A DNA stretch of 63,800 nucleotides, the filler included, from Octopus bimaculoides (lineage: Eukaryota), in the NCBI RefSeq assembly GCF_001194135.2. It is 3 parts of 3 records of this genome, joined end to end, with 100 filler letters (N's around TTAATTAATTAA, not from the genome) between each part and the next. Parts side by side here need not be neighbours in the genome. Positions count along the whole stretch, not along the records: positions 1 to 24,754 come from NC_068996.1; positions 24,855 to 53,107 come from NC_068986.1; 1 more part is not named here. One strand, 5' to 3'. Made by a program: the position numbers and the translations under genes. Of the stretch, positions 22,103-35,335 are shown piece after piece. Positions within the stretch are counted from its first letter, which is position 1; each line of letters begins with the position of its first letter. Below the pieces are notes generated by a model. That model had not been told where the DNA came from. It ran no database searches and saw nothing but the letters and a program-made list of their open reading frames with translations.

Positions 22103-23215
22103 AGAATAGCCTGGGCAAAGTTCAGAGAGCTCCTACCTCTGCTGGTGACAAAGGGCCTCTCGCTCAGAGTAAAAGGTAGACTGTATGACGCATGTATACG
22201 AACAGCCATGATACATGGCAGTGAAACATGGGCTGTGATTGCTGAGGACATGCGTAGGCTCACAAGGAATGAAGCCAGTATGCTCCGCTGGATGCGTAAT
22301 GTCAGTGTGCATACTCGACAGAGTATAAATGCCTTGAGAGAAAAGCTGGACCTAAGAAGCATCAGATGTGATGTGCAAGAGAGACGACTGCACTGGTATG
22401 GTCATGTGGTGAGAATGGATGAGGATAACTGTGTGAAAAAGTGCCACACCCTAGCGGTTGAGGGAACCCGTCGAAGAGGTAGACCCAGGAAGACATGGGA
22501 CGAGGTGGTGAAGCACGACCTTCAAACATTGGGTCTCACTGAGGCAATGACTAGAGACTTTTGGAAATATGCTGTGCTTGAGAAGACCCGGCAAGACAAG
22601 TGAGACCATAACCCGTGGCCTATGCCAGCCCACTTATGTGTACCTTTCTTTCATTGTACACTAAACTCTGCCTGCGAAGACCTATTGTGGCAAGTGAAAT
22701 CGAAATCAAATTCGCTGACGTGGCTGATAACAGCACCGTATGACTGGCATCCGGGCTAGTGAAACTTTAAGAGCACCATCCAAACATGATTGTTGCCAGG
22801 GCCACTGACTGGCTCCCGTGCTGGTGGCATGTAAAAAGCACCACTCGAGCATGATTGTTACCAGCATCGCCTCACTGGCACTTGTGTTGGTGGCATGTAA
22901 AAAACAACATTCGAGCAATGTCGTTGCTAGTGCCGCCGGACTGGCTCCTGTGCAGGTGGAACGTAAAAAACACCATTTGAGCGTGACCGTTGCCAGTACC
23001 GTCTGACTGGCCTTCGTGCCGGTGGCACGTAAAAGCACCCACTACACTTTTGGAGTGGTTGGTGTGAGGAAGGGCATCCAGCTGTAGAAACTTTACCAGA
23101 TCAGATTGAGCCTGGTGCAGCCTCTGGATCACCAGTCCTCGGTCAAACCGTCCAACCCATGCCAGCATGGAAAACGGACGTTAAACGATGATGATGACGA
23201 TGATGATGATATATA
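22103..23215 (+). mobile_element. RTE LINE 3' end, with tandem 3'UTR units and (GAT)n tail
   Basis: RIAWAKFRELLPLL…KGRLYDACIRTAMIHGSETWA…RRLHWYGHVVRMDEDNCVKK…RGRPRKTWDEVV, stop at 22603. Shorter tail copies at about 2229-2490 (+), 4590-4780 (+), 7740-8010 (-), 8960-9245 (-) and 10340-10545 (+). Confidence 0.92.
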
Positions 23216-23410
23216 AACATATATAAGTTTATATATATCTTACCCAAGTTTGTGACTGTGAAATGAAAAACATAATTAGGATAGCTAATTAATAAGAGGA
23301 GAGATATGGAATAAGAACTGATACAGTTCTCTCGCCAAGGAGTATTAGTAAAATCTACTTATATATGTATATACATACATATATGAATGTAATTCTTTGG
23401 GCTATGGAGT

Positions 23411-24039
23411 TGTAGTGGAGTCACCAAAATGTGTTATGTTTTTGTGTAGTGTCGGTTCGATAGGCATGTGTTTGCTTGAGAAATGACAAAGTGATAACTG
23501 GTTCAATTATAACATTTTTATTTGCTGGTGTTAATAAATAATATTTGCCACTACATTCAATATTGACAACTTGCTTCGAGTTGCTAGAAAAATTATGGAA
23601 CCAGGATACGTCTGGAGTTGATGTACCCTAAGACTAGATATGTTCGTGTGTGTGTGTGTGTGTGTGTGTGTTCGTTCTCTCATCTTCCTTGGCCGGCGAA
23701 AAATCTGTCTCATAGTAGCAGTACACTGGTTCAGTCGCGCGCATCACAGTCTCCGTCCGTCTGTTTTTGTCTGTTGTTGACCACTCTATTTATAAGAATC
23801 GTGGCAGCTAGAAGGACATACATACTGCAACAGAGTTTGTACCTAAATAGGTCAGTTGCTGTCCAGTTGAACTTCGCCTGACATTATAAGGTCGAAGGTT
23901 AAAGGGAGATCATTAATCACTTTTTGATAGGACAAAGAAAACCTGTTTTTCGCGCCTGTTGATCGTGGTGGTTTGGAACCGAGAATTCTTAGATTCGGTT
24001 TCGAATCTAGGCTTGGAGAAGGAAGTGTAAATTTTTACA
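23411..24039 (-). mobile_element. Gypsy 3' LTR (far boundary 23411 or 23430)
   Basis: Minus strand reads PPT AGAAGGGGGAG, then TAG, then TGTAAAAA; AATAAA at about 23517-23522; CTACA at 23411. Confidence 0.6.
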
Positions 24040-24059
24040 CTACTCCCCCTTCTAGTGAG

Positions 24060-24754
24060 AAAACCACAGAGATCGAACGATATTGGAACTGTTATCTTTT
24101 TGTGTATGCAGAAAAAATTTTACAAGGTGCAACAAACAAATGAATGTCAAAAATATGGGATATAAAAAATATGAAGCAAGTAGTGTTTGCTGGGGTTGGT
24201 GAGTCCGTTCGAGGAACAGAGGGAACTGAGTGTAAGTCGTCCTCGATGAAGGCTTTTTTCAAACGATCAATCGATACGGTATTTCGTTTACCTCCGATAT
24301 CGAGGACGAAATACTTGGGTTCTCTTTTGATGACTTTGTACGGCCCGGAATTGAGATGGTCTTCCATCATTCCTCACGAAAACATGAGTCCAGGTGTTGA
24401 TGTCCTTTGGAACATATGAAACGACGTTCTGTTGTCTGGGGCCTGCAGGTGACAAATGCAACATGGATGTCCCCAATCGGTGCACATATTGTGCTGGGCC
24501 AGGAAGGTGTTGTGATGCAACAGGTTCGATCATCTGCCCAGGTAAGGTGAGTGTTGTGCTGTAGACTAGTTCTGCCGGAGTGTGTCCAACTTCCTCCTTA
24601 ACCGTGGATCGAATACCAAGGAGGATGAGGGGGAGATGTTCCAGCCAGTTGGAAGAGTCTGCAGATGCTTTAATAGCTGCTTTGAGTTGGCGGTGGAAGC
24701 GTTCAACCATGCCATTTGCTGCAGGGTGGTAAGCAGTAGTGCGGGTGTGTTTGC
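24060..24754 (-). mobile_element. Gypsy (CsRn1-like) integrase C-terminal fragment
   Basis: TTAYHPAANGMVERFHRQLKAAI…W.EHLPLILLGIRS…TPAELVY…TLTLPG and GPYKVIKR…VSIDRLK; truncated by a gap. Confidence 0.92.
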
Positions 24755-24798
24755 NNNNNNNNNNNNNNNNNNNNNNNNNNNNNNNNNNNNNNNNNNNN

Positions 24799-24810
24799 TT
24801 AATTAATTAA
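24799..24810. other. Artificial TTAATTAATTAA contig-join linker (also at 53152-53163)
   Basis: Identical 12-mer with stops in all six frames, embedded between N runs twice. Confidence 0.85.
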
Positions 24811-25906
24811 NNNNNNNNNNNNNNNNNNNNNNNNNNNNNNNNNNNNNNNNNNNNTATATATATATTTATTTATTTATATACATAAGGATAAGATCGTTAT
24901 TTTAAATAGCGATCATATCAAGTGGTTAGCATGGGAATAAAAACCACATAGGTAATAATTATTATTGAAATTATAATTAAGGGTATCTAAAAGATACCAC
25001 CATGCTAGAGATAGCAGTCAAAGCTTGACTCTAAAACCACATCAAATATTCATACACCACCAGGAGAGAAGACAAAGAGACAGAGACAAAATAAACTAGC
25101 AAAAAAAAAAAAAAAATTATTGGATAATTCCAGATCCTGGATTTCTGGCTTTGCATAAGAAATGCTTTGCCTCATCAGTGGAATATACACAAAATGGTAC
25201 ATAAATACAACTATATATTGTATATCCAACATACGAATACTTACATATACACACGTATACACACACATATATATGCACGTATGCAGACGACCACTTTAAA
25301 TTGCCTGTCTCCAGTCGAAAACAGAATTGATTGTACCGAGGCGTATAAGTGACCGGTATCATAACAATTCCTCTCTACAGGGACATGTTATAGAGTTCAA
25401 GACTAACAATTTTAATGGGTGGGAAGACAAGTCGACTACTCAATTGGTACTATTTCATGGACTCCAAAAGTTAGACGTTCTGATTTTTCGAAGTTTTGGT
25501 AATTTTTGAATTTTTCAAGAATTGTGTGACGTATAAGATGGAATTTCCTTCTTTTTTTTTTATGATTTGGTCCACTGGGTTTTCTGCCATTCGAATGTAC
25601 TTGCATCATTTTCAAGAAAAAAACGCTTTTATCAATACTGCCAAGTCACCGAATATTAGGTGTTTTGATTCTTTTGTGGTAGATACTAGCAGAAAGACTG
25701 CCCTCCTGGCGCTGTGAGGGCTGTGAATTATCCGAGACATCGCTCTGTTACCTCCGAAAAAACTTTTTCATTATAAATTCCGATATAATCGTAATCAAAA
25801 CCATCTGAAACATAATACAGTTCTATATTTAAGAGACGAGGAATTATGTACATCATTTACATTATTTACATTTGACGGATATTTGCCCTCATCTTGTTTG
25901 TTCTTA

Positions 25907-25950
25907 ACACAACATTTCGGCTGATATACCCTCCAGCCTTCATCAGGTGT
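25907..25950 (-). ncRNA. Minimal type-I hammerhead ribozyme motif (best-preserved copy)
   Basis: ACAC-CTGATGA-A-GGCTG gagggtatat CAGCC-GAAAT-GTT-GTGT: intact core, 4-bp stem I, 5-bp stem II, GUU triplet. Same family as 6640-6685 and the truncated + copy at 26131-26166. Confidence 0.75.
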
Positions 25951-25998
25951 GTTGGGGAAATTTCGAACCTGGGCTCTCATTCCTAAGGTATTTTTCGA

Positions 25999-26070
<72 letters not shown>

Positions 26071-27404
26071 TATTATTATTATCATCATTATTATTGTTGT
26101 TGTTGTTGTTGTTATTGTTATTATCATATATGAAGGCTGGAGGGTATATCAGCCGAAACGTTGTGTTAACAACAAACAAGATGAGGACAAGTATCCGTCA
26201 AATGTAAATAATGTATATAATATACATCTGAAACATATCTGTAGAAATTTAAAACTATCAATTTCTCAAAGAGTTATGAGGAGACAAAGTAAGGGGGGGA
26301 TGTATGTTCCATAGTTATGTCCAATTGACATAAAGTAGCAACACTTTGGCTTATAAACACCTTCCACGCTGCAATTGTTTTCTTATTCAGTTTTCTAGTT
26401 ATTTAAAAACAACGAAAAGATGCTAGAATCAGCATAATTCGGCCGCCACTGGATTAAACTTATCCTTTGGAGGAATGGTTTTTACTGATGTGTCAGTAGA
26501 AAGTAGCGTTGAAAATATCTGGGCATCCTTTGAATATCGGAAAGTATAAACTGAGATGTTAAAACTGCAGTGTAAGATGAATACCGTTGTGAATAAAAAT
26601 TAGTTTTCTAAGCTGAAATTTGAAGCTAAAATTATACCAAAACGGGTATTTTAACGAATTTTAATTATTGCTTTTTGTTGTGTCCAGGGAGAGTCAATTT
26701 GCTTCAATACACGAATTTACATAAAGAATCATGCAAACTAGATACAAAAACGAGATAATTGCTTTCTTTTAGTAAAAGTTACATTCTCATCGCTAATTAA
26801 TTAGTAGCTTTCTTCATTATAGTATAAATGACATGTTGATTCTTCCTTATGACCCTTCAATATATTTTTCATTTAGGGTTTCGTTAAATTATAAACATAA
26901 AAAAAAATCAATCAAATTTCTTATTTTATTTATATCAGAAAATGGAAAAGATTTTGCAAGTGTGATGTAATGAGTGTTGCAGCGGGCGTATGAAGAATTT
27001 TTATCGAATGGAAATATAAAAGACTGTAGGTTCAACTTGACTTTTGTTTGGTTTTTTTTTGGAAATAAATATTGATAAAAATGTGTGGGTTTAGCATGGC
27101 TATTTGACATTTATAGATCACTTGTGAAAAGACCATAAATAGATCTAAGATGAAGGTAAATGAAAATATGACTAAATAAATATTATTAGTAATAATTAAC
27201 AACACAATTAATGTTACGATGTTGATTACAGCAAGAATACATAGACACATACACACACACATGCCCACGCATAGGTGGGGGTGGGTAGGTTCAGGGCTGT
27301 TCTGGCGTTGCTGTGGAAAGGGCCAAAAGACTTGCAGAGCAGGTTCCCTGCCTGATGTGTCCTGCATTCGGAGACGGAGTATAGTTGCACCTTAACCCAA
27401 ATGC

Positions 27405-27480
<76 letters not shown>

Positions 27481-27617
27481 AACGACCAGGCTACATTGTT
27501 TCATGAAGCTAGCATAACACACAGATCATCAAATTAACTTAAATATCTCACACTGCTCACATACACAAGAATAAAAACATAACTTAATATATATGAACCT
27601 ACACATGTACCTCTATT

Positions 27618-27666
<49 letters not shown>

Positions 27667-29970
27667 ACACACACACACGCATGTATGTATACGCTTGTTT
27701 AATAGTACATTATTTTGTAAATGCTAGTTTGGTTTGGTCCTGTGATTTCACCGGGTATCGATCTCAATAATGAACAAACAAATAAATAGATATGAATAAA
27801 TAAATAAAAAAAATAAATAAAAGGAAAACGTGATCAAGTTGCCTGTTTGGCTGTAGAAACAAAACTAGTCAATCGACTAATCAATCACGTGGCCTATTTC
27901 CCTAGCATGTTTGATTTCTGTTGCGAGAGCGCGCACATACACACAGTACACACAGTACACACACACACACACACTTGCACATATATATATATGCATGTAT
28001 ATAGTTATGCATAACTATGCGAATGAATGTTTATGTATATATATGTGTGTGTGTGTGTGTGTGTTTGTGTATAGTTATGCATGCCTGTATGAATGTATGT
28101 GTACACATACATATGTGTGTGTGTATACATAATGCACATGTATATATATGTATGTGTGTGTAACTAGCTATGCATGAATATATATATGTATATGTGTGTG
28201 TATCTATGTGTATATATGTGTGTATATTTATGTATATATGTGTTTGTGTGTGTCTTGATCTGCAGCTTTTTTAAAAACTTTTATGCTTGTTTCTTTTTCC
28301 ATTTCCTTTCGCTATTGGTCCACACAATTTAACGATTGGTTCTCTGGTCCACCCGTACACCCAGAATTGGCTAATTGACAAACTCTGTTAATAAAAAAAA
28401 CTGTTATTGACCACCATCGCCGCCATTGCAAACAAGGACACCGTCCATACCAATGGCTACCAGCAAAGTAATTTCAAGCGTTCCATCACTCCTCCCCCTC
28501 TTCGCCATCACTCCAGACCTCACTGGAATTACAACAAACGTCACGATTAGTCAGAATATTTCCTTGAGTTCTTAATATGACCCTCTCTCCTCTCTCCCAT
28601 CGCTACTGTTTGTTATAATCTGCGCCGTTGCTCTGGCCGCCATTCTCACAATCTCCACCGCCACGTCTCTACTAGTGACGTCACCACCATTTCTATGACC
28701 ACACTTTTTTTCTCCCTAGCCCTTGAACTCATAACACCGATTACCCGGTTACCGAGGCGTATAAGTGGCCGAGTATCACAACAGTTACTCTCAACGTAAC
28801 CTCAGTCCGATGCAAAATTCAAGGTCAACAGTTTTGCGGGGAGGAGACAAGTCGACTACATTGGTACCAGTGCTCAATGAGTACTTGTTTTATGAACTCC
28901 GAAAAGACGAAAGGTAAATTCGGCCTCGGCAGGATTGGAACTCAGAACGTAAAGACGGACGAAATACCGCTAAACATTTCGTTCGGCCACCTTGTTGCTT
29001 CGCACAAAATCGTATTGATTGCGTTCCATGCTATGCTATAGGAACTTATCTCTTTGATGGAGTCTTAGGGGCACCATCATCACATACAGCACATTTTTGA
29101 AATGGTGGTGGTCCGTCCCTCTCTTAGACGGACCACCGTCGATTTCTTCCTGGGATACAAAAATGGATTGATAGAAAAAAGAGAGAAACAAAGGAATCGA
29201 CTCTAGGACAGAATTGGTACCTTATAAAACTGACTCATGATCGTAAGATTGTGGTTTCGATTCCTGGACCAAACGGCACATTGTGCCCTTGAGCGAAACA
29301 CTTCATTTCATGTTGCTCCAGTCCACTCAACTGGCAAAAATGAATAAGCCTGCACGTCAAGCTGGCGTGCCATCCAGGGGGAATAAATAGCCAGAGAAAC
29401 CGATAACTGGCCGTATGCTCCGTACGGAGTAATGTGGACATACTACATTGATTTCGAAAAGATGAAAGGTGACGCTGACTTTGGCGAGAATTGCACTTAG
29501 AACGCAGAGAGCCGGTACGATTACCGCAAAGCTCTACCGACTCACCCAACTGAACGTCTATCGACCGTATAACCCATTTAAAATGTCAGGAACCAAAACG
29601 GATAAAATGTTTTCTAAAAGACTTGTTCATACACGTTCAGTCACTAAACACGATTGTGGTCCTAAAACCGACAAGAAAAACATTTTTAGGCAAACAGAGT
29701 AGAACCTGTCAATCACTATTGATTAATCAAAATTGATCAGTGCTAATCCTCTCAACAACTCGTTATGAATTAAGAAATTAATACATACACATACAATACA
29801 CAAGCGAGTGCTCAGAGACATGCGCACAAACGCTAAACGCACGTAAGCACACATACATAGAGAAGCACACGCGTAGACCTTCACATGGGCGAAGTGAATT
29901 AAAAGTTAAGGTAAGCACAGGTGTAGCTGTGTGGTAAGAAGCTTACTTCCTAACCATATGGTGTATATAT

Positions 29971-30045
<75 letters not shown>

Positions 30046-30429
30046 CGTGTGTCTTTGAGTCAGAGTTTCGTCCTCACCACCACTTGGCAACCGGTGTTGG
30101 TATGTATATGTCGCCATAATCTAGCGCTTCGGTCAAAGAGACCGATAAAAAAACGTTCCAGACTTAAAGAAAAGAAAAGTACTGGGGTCGATTCATTCGA
30201 TTAAAAATTATGGAAGGCGGTGCTCCAGCATGGCCATAGTCTAATGACTGAAACAAGTAAAAGATGAAAGAGAAAAGATAAGGGTTTCTAACATAGGCCT
30301 GAAGTCACACGATGAAGGAGTAAGAGTGTAGGAGATTAGGGAACAAGCGATGGCACCCAAGAACTCAACCTCCACAAGAATAAAAGGTACAGTCCACCTT
30401 GGGAAAGCTTAAGCTGAGGTCGTAGCAGG

Positions 30430-30605
30430 CACTAGCGTAGCTAGAGTGTGCTGCCCGGGGCAGCCATTCCGTTTTCCGCCCTCAACATAAAAAACACATA
30501 TTGCCTACAGCAAACTCAAAAAACACATTGCCTACAGCAGACTCACCCCTTTCAATGTGCCGCCGGGGCGGACCGCCCCTTCCGCATCCCCTACCTACGC
30601 TGGTG
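30430..30605. mobile_element. hAT-type MITE
   Basis: TIRs CACTAGCGTAGCTAG / CTACCTACGCTGGTG; 8-bp TSD GTAGCAGG / GTAGCGGG. Confidence 0.8.
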
Positions 30606-31706
30606 GTAGCGGGATACAGTAAAGTAATGCAATAAATTTTGGGAAGATAAACTAATAATATAATCAATAATTCTTTTTATTATTAGCACAAAAACCAGCA
30701 GTTTGGAGGAAGGGGCTAAGTCGATCATATACCCCATTGATCAGTTGGTACTTATTTTATCGATGTCTACGAGATGAGAGCACAGTCGAATTCGGCGAAA
30801 TATGAACTCAGACCATAAAGACGGTCGAAATGACGTTAAACATTTTGTCCGACGACACGCTAACGATTCTATCAGGTAACCATCTTAATAACACTTGTAA
30901 TAATAATAATTCTTTGGTGACGAGCTTGCAGGATCGTTAGCAACGCCGGACGAAATGCTTAGCGGTATTTGTCTGCCGTTACGTTCTGCGTTCAAATTCC
31001 GCCGAGGTCGACTTTGCCTTTTAACCTTTCGGGGTCGATAAATTAAGTACCAGCTGCGTACTGCGATAGATATAATCGACTGGCCCCCTCCTGCCCAAAA
31101 TTTCGGGCCTTGTGCCTAGAGTAGAAAAGAATATATTATTAGAAAAAGGCGGCGAGCTGGCAGAGTCGTTAGCGCGCCGGGCGAAATGCTTAGCGGTATT
31201 TCGTCTGTCTTTACATTCTGAGTTCAAATTCTGCCGAAGTCAACTTTGCCTTTCATCCTTTCGGGGTCGATAAATNNNNNNNNNNNNNNNNNNNNNNNNN
31301 NNNNNNNNNNNNNNNNNNNNNNNNNNNNNNNNNNNNNNNNNNNNNNNNNNNNNNNNNNNNNNNNNNNNNNNNNNNNNNNNNNNNNNNNNNNNNNNNNNNN
31401 NNNNNNNNNNNNNNNNNNNNNNNNNNNNNNNNNNNNNNNNNNNNNNNNNNNNNNNNNNNNNNNNNNNNNNNNNNNNNNNNNNNNNNNNNNNNNNNNNNNN
31501 NNNNNNNNNNNNNNNNNNNNNNNNNNNNNNNNNNNNNNNNNNNNNNNNNNNNNNNNNNNNNNNNNNNNNNNNNNNNNNNNNNNNNNNNNNNNNNNNNNNN
31601 NNNNNNNNNNNNNNNNNNNNNNNNNNNNNNNNNNNNNNNNNNNNNNNNNNNNNNNNNNNNNNNNNNNNNNNNNNNNNNNNNNNNNNNNNNNNNNNNNNNN
31701 NNNNNN

Positions 31707-31764
<58 letters not shown>

Positions 31765-32706
31765 TATTATTATTATTATTATTATTACTATTATTATTGT
31801 CATTATAGTTATTTCAAATTTTACCACGAGGGCAGGAATTTTGGGGAGAGGATGAGTCGATTATATCGACCCAGTGTTCAACTGGTACTTATTTTATCGA
31901 CCCCAAAAGGATGAAAGGCAAAGTCGATCTCGGTGAAATTTGAACTCAAAACGTAAAGACAGACGAAATACCGCTAAGCATTTCGCCCGGAGTGCTAACG
32001 TTTCCGCCAGCACTCGCCGCTTTATAGTAGTAATGCTATTACAACAATAATTATAATAAGTGAAGCAACCATTGGCATTTATATTTCTTAAAACAACTTA
32101 TAGATAGACATAAATTAACCGTAATATTCTTTCTAGGGTTATCAATTATAGCAGTAACATGACAGATTCCATCGTAGTCTCTTACTGTATTACAAACGTG
32201 ATGGATGAGATATTTTGAACGTATTGAGTAATAACATTCCCACTGGGAGTAGGAAACAACATGTAAGCATACTAACAAAAGGAAAAAAGAAAAGAAGAAA
32301 AAAAACTGTCTGTAGCCATAGTAAGACTACTTTGCTGTGACGCATGCGCCGTGGAAGTGATATAGAATGAAACAAGGCAAAACGTCCTGACATTATTATC
32401 AAAACATGATTCAAACATCGTTATGTATAAATAATGAAACGGTTAGACACACACACACACACACACACAGACACACACACACAAAGCGCTATGAATATGA
32501 ATATGGAGACATCTAATAATAATAATAATGAAGATAGTGCTGTAATTGCAAAGGCAAATAAGTAATGAAGCGACGAAACGAGAGCTGCAAGTTAACATTT
32601 ACATAAAACTGGCAAAACAAAGGCTGGCTTTGATGGGTAGTGGGGTGTGTGTATGTGGGAGATATCACGTCTGCGAAGGAAGCTCAAGTGACTAAACAAT
32701 GCTGAA

Positions 32707-32748
<42 letters not shown>

Positions 32749-34486
32749 TCGTTAAGTTGATTGATGACTTCCATAAAGTAAATATACGGGGTGGAGTAAA
32801 TACAGAATATATTATGAGTATCAGGGAAGATTTGATGTCGGTTGCCAAGTTTTGGCCAGGCTGGAGCAGTCAGGCTTGGGGTGGTCAGTGAACTGTGAAA
32901 AATAATAGTTTTAAATTTTGGCAACTTCGGGGTGGGGGTAAGTCGATTACATCGACCCCAGTGTTCAACTGGTACTTATTTAACCGACCCCGAAAAGATG
33001 AAAGGCAAAATTGCCCTCGGTGGTATTTGAATTCAGAATGAAAAGACCGATGAAATGTCGCTAAGCATCTTGTCCAGCGTGCTAACGATTCTGTTTGCTC
33101 GTGTGAAAATACTGAGTGAAAATCGCGACTAATAAAAGGAGCAAACCATGAATGACTCAGAGCGATTAGGACCCTGTTCTAGAAATGTGGGACACACGCC
33201 TCCCAGAGTATCAGAGAAGATAATGGTCAGGTGGCCAAATTTGGGCCAGGCTGGGGCGGAGNNNNNNNNNNNNNNNNNNNNNNNNNNNNNNNNNNNNNNN
33301 NNNNNNNNNNNNNNNNNNNNNNNNNNNNNNNNNNNNNNNNNNNNNNNNNNNNNNNNNNNNNNNNNNNNNNNNNNNNNNNNNNNNNNNNNNNNNNNNNNNN
33401 NNNNNNNNNNNNNNNNNNNNNNNNNNNNNNNNNNNNNNNNNNNNNNNNNNNNNNNNNNNNNNNNNNNNNNNNNNNNNNNNNNNNNNGCAAAGACACACAC
33501 ATACACATATGTACATATATACGACGGGTTTCCACAGTTTCTTATTTCTTTATTGCCCACAAGGGGCTAAACATAGGGGAGACAAACAAGGACAGACAAA
33601 GGGATTAAGTCGATTACATCGACCCCAGTGCGTAACAGGTACTTAATTTATCGACCCCGAAAGGATGAAAGGCAATGTCGACCTCGGCGGAATTTGAACT
33701 CAGAACGTTACGGCAGACGAAATACCGCTAAGCATTTCGCCCGGTGTGCTAACGATTCTGCCAGCTCGCCGCCTTTCCACACAGTTTCTGACTATGAAAT
33801 TGACTCACAAGTCCTTAGTCGGTCTGAGACTAGAATGAGAAAAGCACTTGTCCAAGGTTGGACTGAACACGAAATCACGTGATTGCAAAGCGAGCCCCTT
33901 GACCATCAGCGAAAATCGTGACTGCTAGCAGCCAAGATTTACCACTCCGGGATACACATGTCGCTGACTGAAAGAGATCGCTTAAGAGTATTTTGGGGGC
34001 ATGCCTGCTCTAGAGGCCACGTTATAATACCCGGGGACACACATGCCCCAGAGAAATTGAGTTAGATCACCCAGGAACATGAATGCAAATAACGAATCTG
34101 AGTAAAACTTGTTAAATAGTGGTTTCAAATTTTGGCACAAGGCTAGCAATTTCGGGGTGTGGTGGGGTAAGTCGATTGTATCAATCCCAGTGTTCAACTG
34201 GTTCTTATATTATCGTTCCCGAAAGGCTGAAAGGCAAAGTCGACCTCTGCGGAATTTGAACTCAGAAAGTAAAGGCGGACGAAATGTTGCTATTTTGTCT
34301 GGTATGCTAACGATACTGCCAGCTCGCCGCTTTAAATTTGCAAAACATTATCATTAACCGTAGCCGTAAGTAACAATGGATTTTAATTGCTGTATCATGA
34401 CTTACGATCAGAATATCTGTCAGAAAGCAGATAAAATATTAAAATTTGGTGATAAATTTTATAAGAATTAGCATTTCCGATAAATA

Positions 34487-34869
34487 CCGTATTTCATGGT
34501 TTAGAAGATGCACTTTATTTCGAAAAAGTGTCGCAAAATGTGATCCTGGGATCTCTATGTAAAGTTGGGCGGATAATTACATGCTTTAATGCTCTAAACG
34601 TTTTTAGCCACAAGGACCAAACATAGGGGGCAGGATACAATAGGAACACGGGGTCGGGAAACGGATGGAACAACATTGAAATGAACAGTTAAAAATTAAT
34701 GACATTAAAACGGATGAAAAAACAAACAATAGGACAGTATAATGAAGTGGGGGACGGGTACGATCCCGCAGGCCACGTTCCTCCACTGGTCCTTTTTATC
34801 CTGAATATGCTAGGCTGAAACTGGGAGGCAGTATATATACTCGTGCGTCTTTTATGGTATCAAATATGG
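34487..34869. mobile_element. Degenerate pogo/Tigger-like MITE
   Basis: TA|CCGTATTTCATGG…AAGATGCAC versus GTGCGTCTT…AAATATGG; 19 of 27 positions match as an inverted repeat. Confidence 0.45.
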
Positions 34870-35155
34870 AAGCCAGAATTAGAGATGAGAAACTAAGTTA
34901 ACGGGAAATAGATATATGTAGATTACTCAACGAATAGCTGCAAACAATCGAATACATTGAGTCTAAGCTGTCTAGTATTTCCTGTATTTTCACGCCAAAT
35001 TACGCAGGCAGAGAAAAATTTAATTGAGAGAGCAGTTGCAGTCTGTGTGAAATATGTAAATATATAACAAAGTCGAAAGATGCAACTAACAATATGAAGC
35101 ACTTTTCAAATGCTGTCACTAAAAGCGGTGGAGGCACATGGCTTAGTGTTTAAAG

Positions 35156-35335
35156 GATCGATTCTCAACAGCGGCCCACAAACATCGTTCTGCCGGTTCC
35201 CGACTGCCTTCCCTCTAGAGATATAGAAAATTTTCTTTTAATTAACTTATTTTACTTTCTTAAGAGCAGAACCCACCCCACTCAAATATCCAGGTTTTGT
35301 ACCTGGCCCGGACATTAAAAGGTTGAGAACCACTG
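35156..35335. mobile_element. hAT (Charlie-like) MITE nested in a SINE tRNA head
   Basis: Ends GATCGATTCTCAAC / GTTGAGAACCACTG; TSD GTTTAAAG / GTTTAATG. The SINE head resumes after 35343. Confidence 0.7.

Noticed and set aside
22760-23045. CRISPR-like repeat array
   Set aside because: Eukaryotic context, degenerate units without unique spacers, and it lies in an RTE 3'UTR.
24799-24810. TTAATTAATTAA palindrome between N runs (also 53152-53163)
   Set aside because: Six-frame stop linker typical of artificial contig joins; not biological.
32800-33261. Two related segments reading PAWPK(F/L)G on the minus strand
   Set aside because: Short diverged duplication next to a gap, with no recognisable protein or splice structure.
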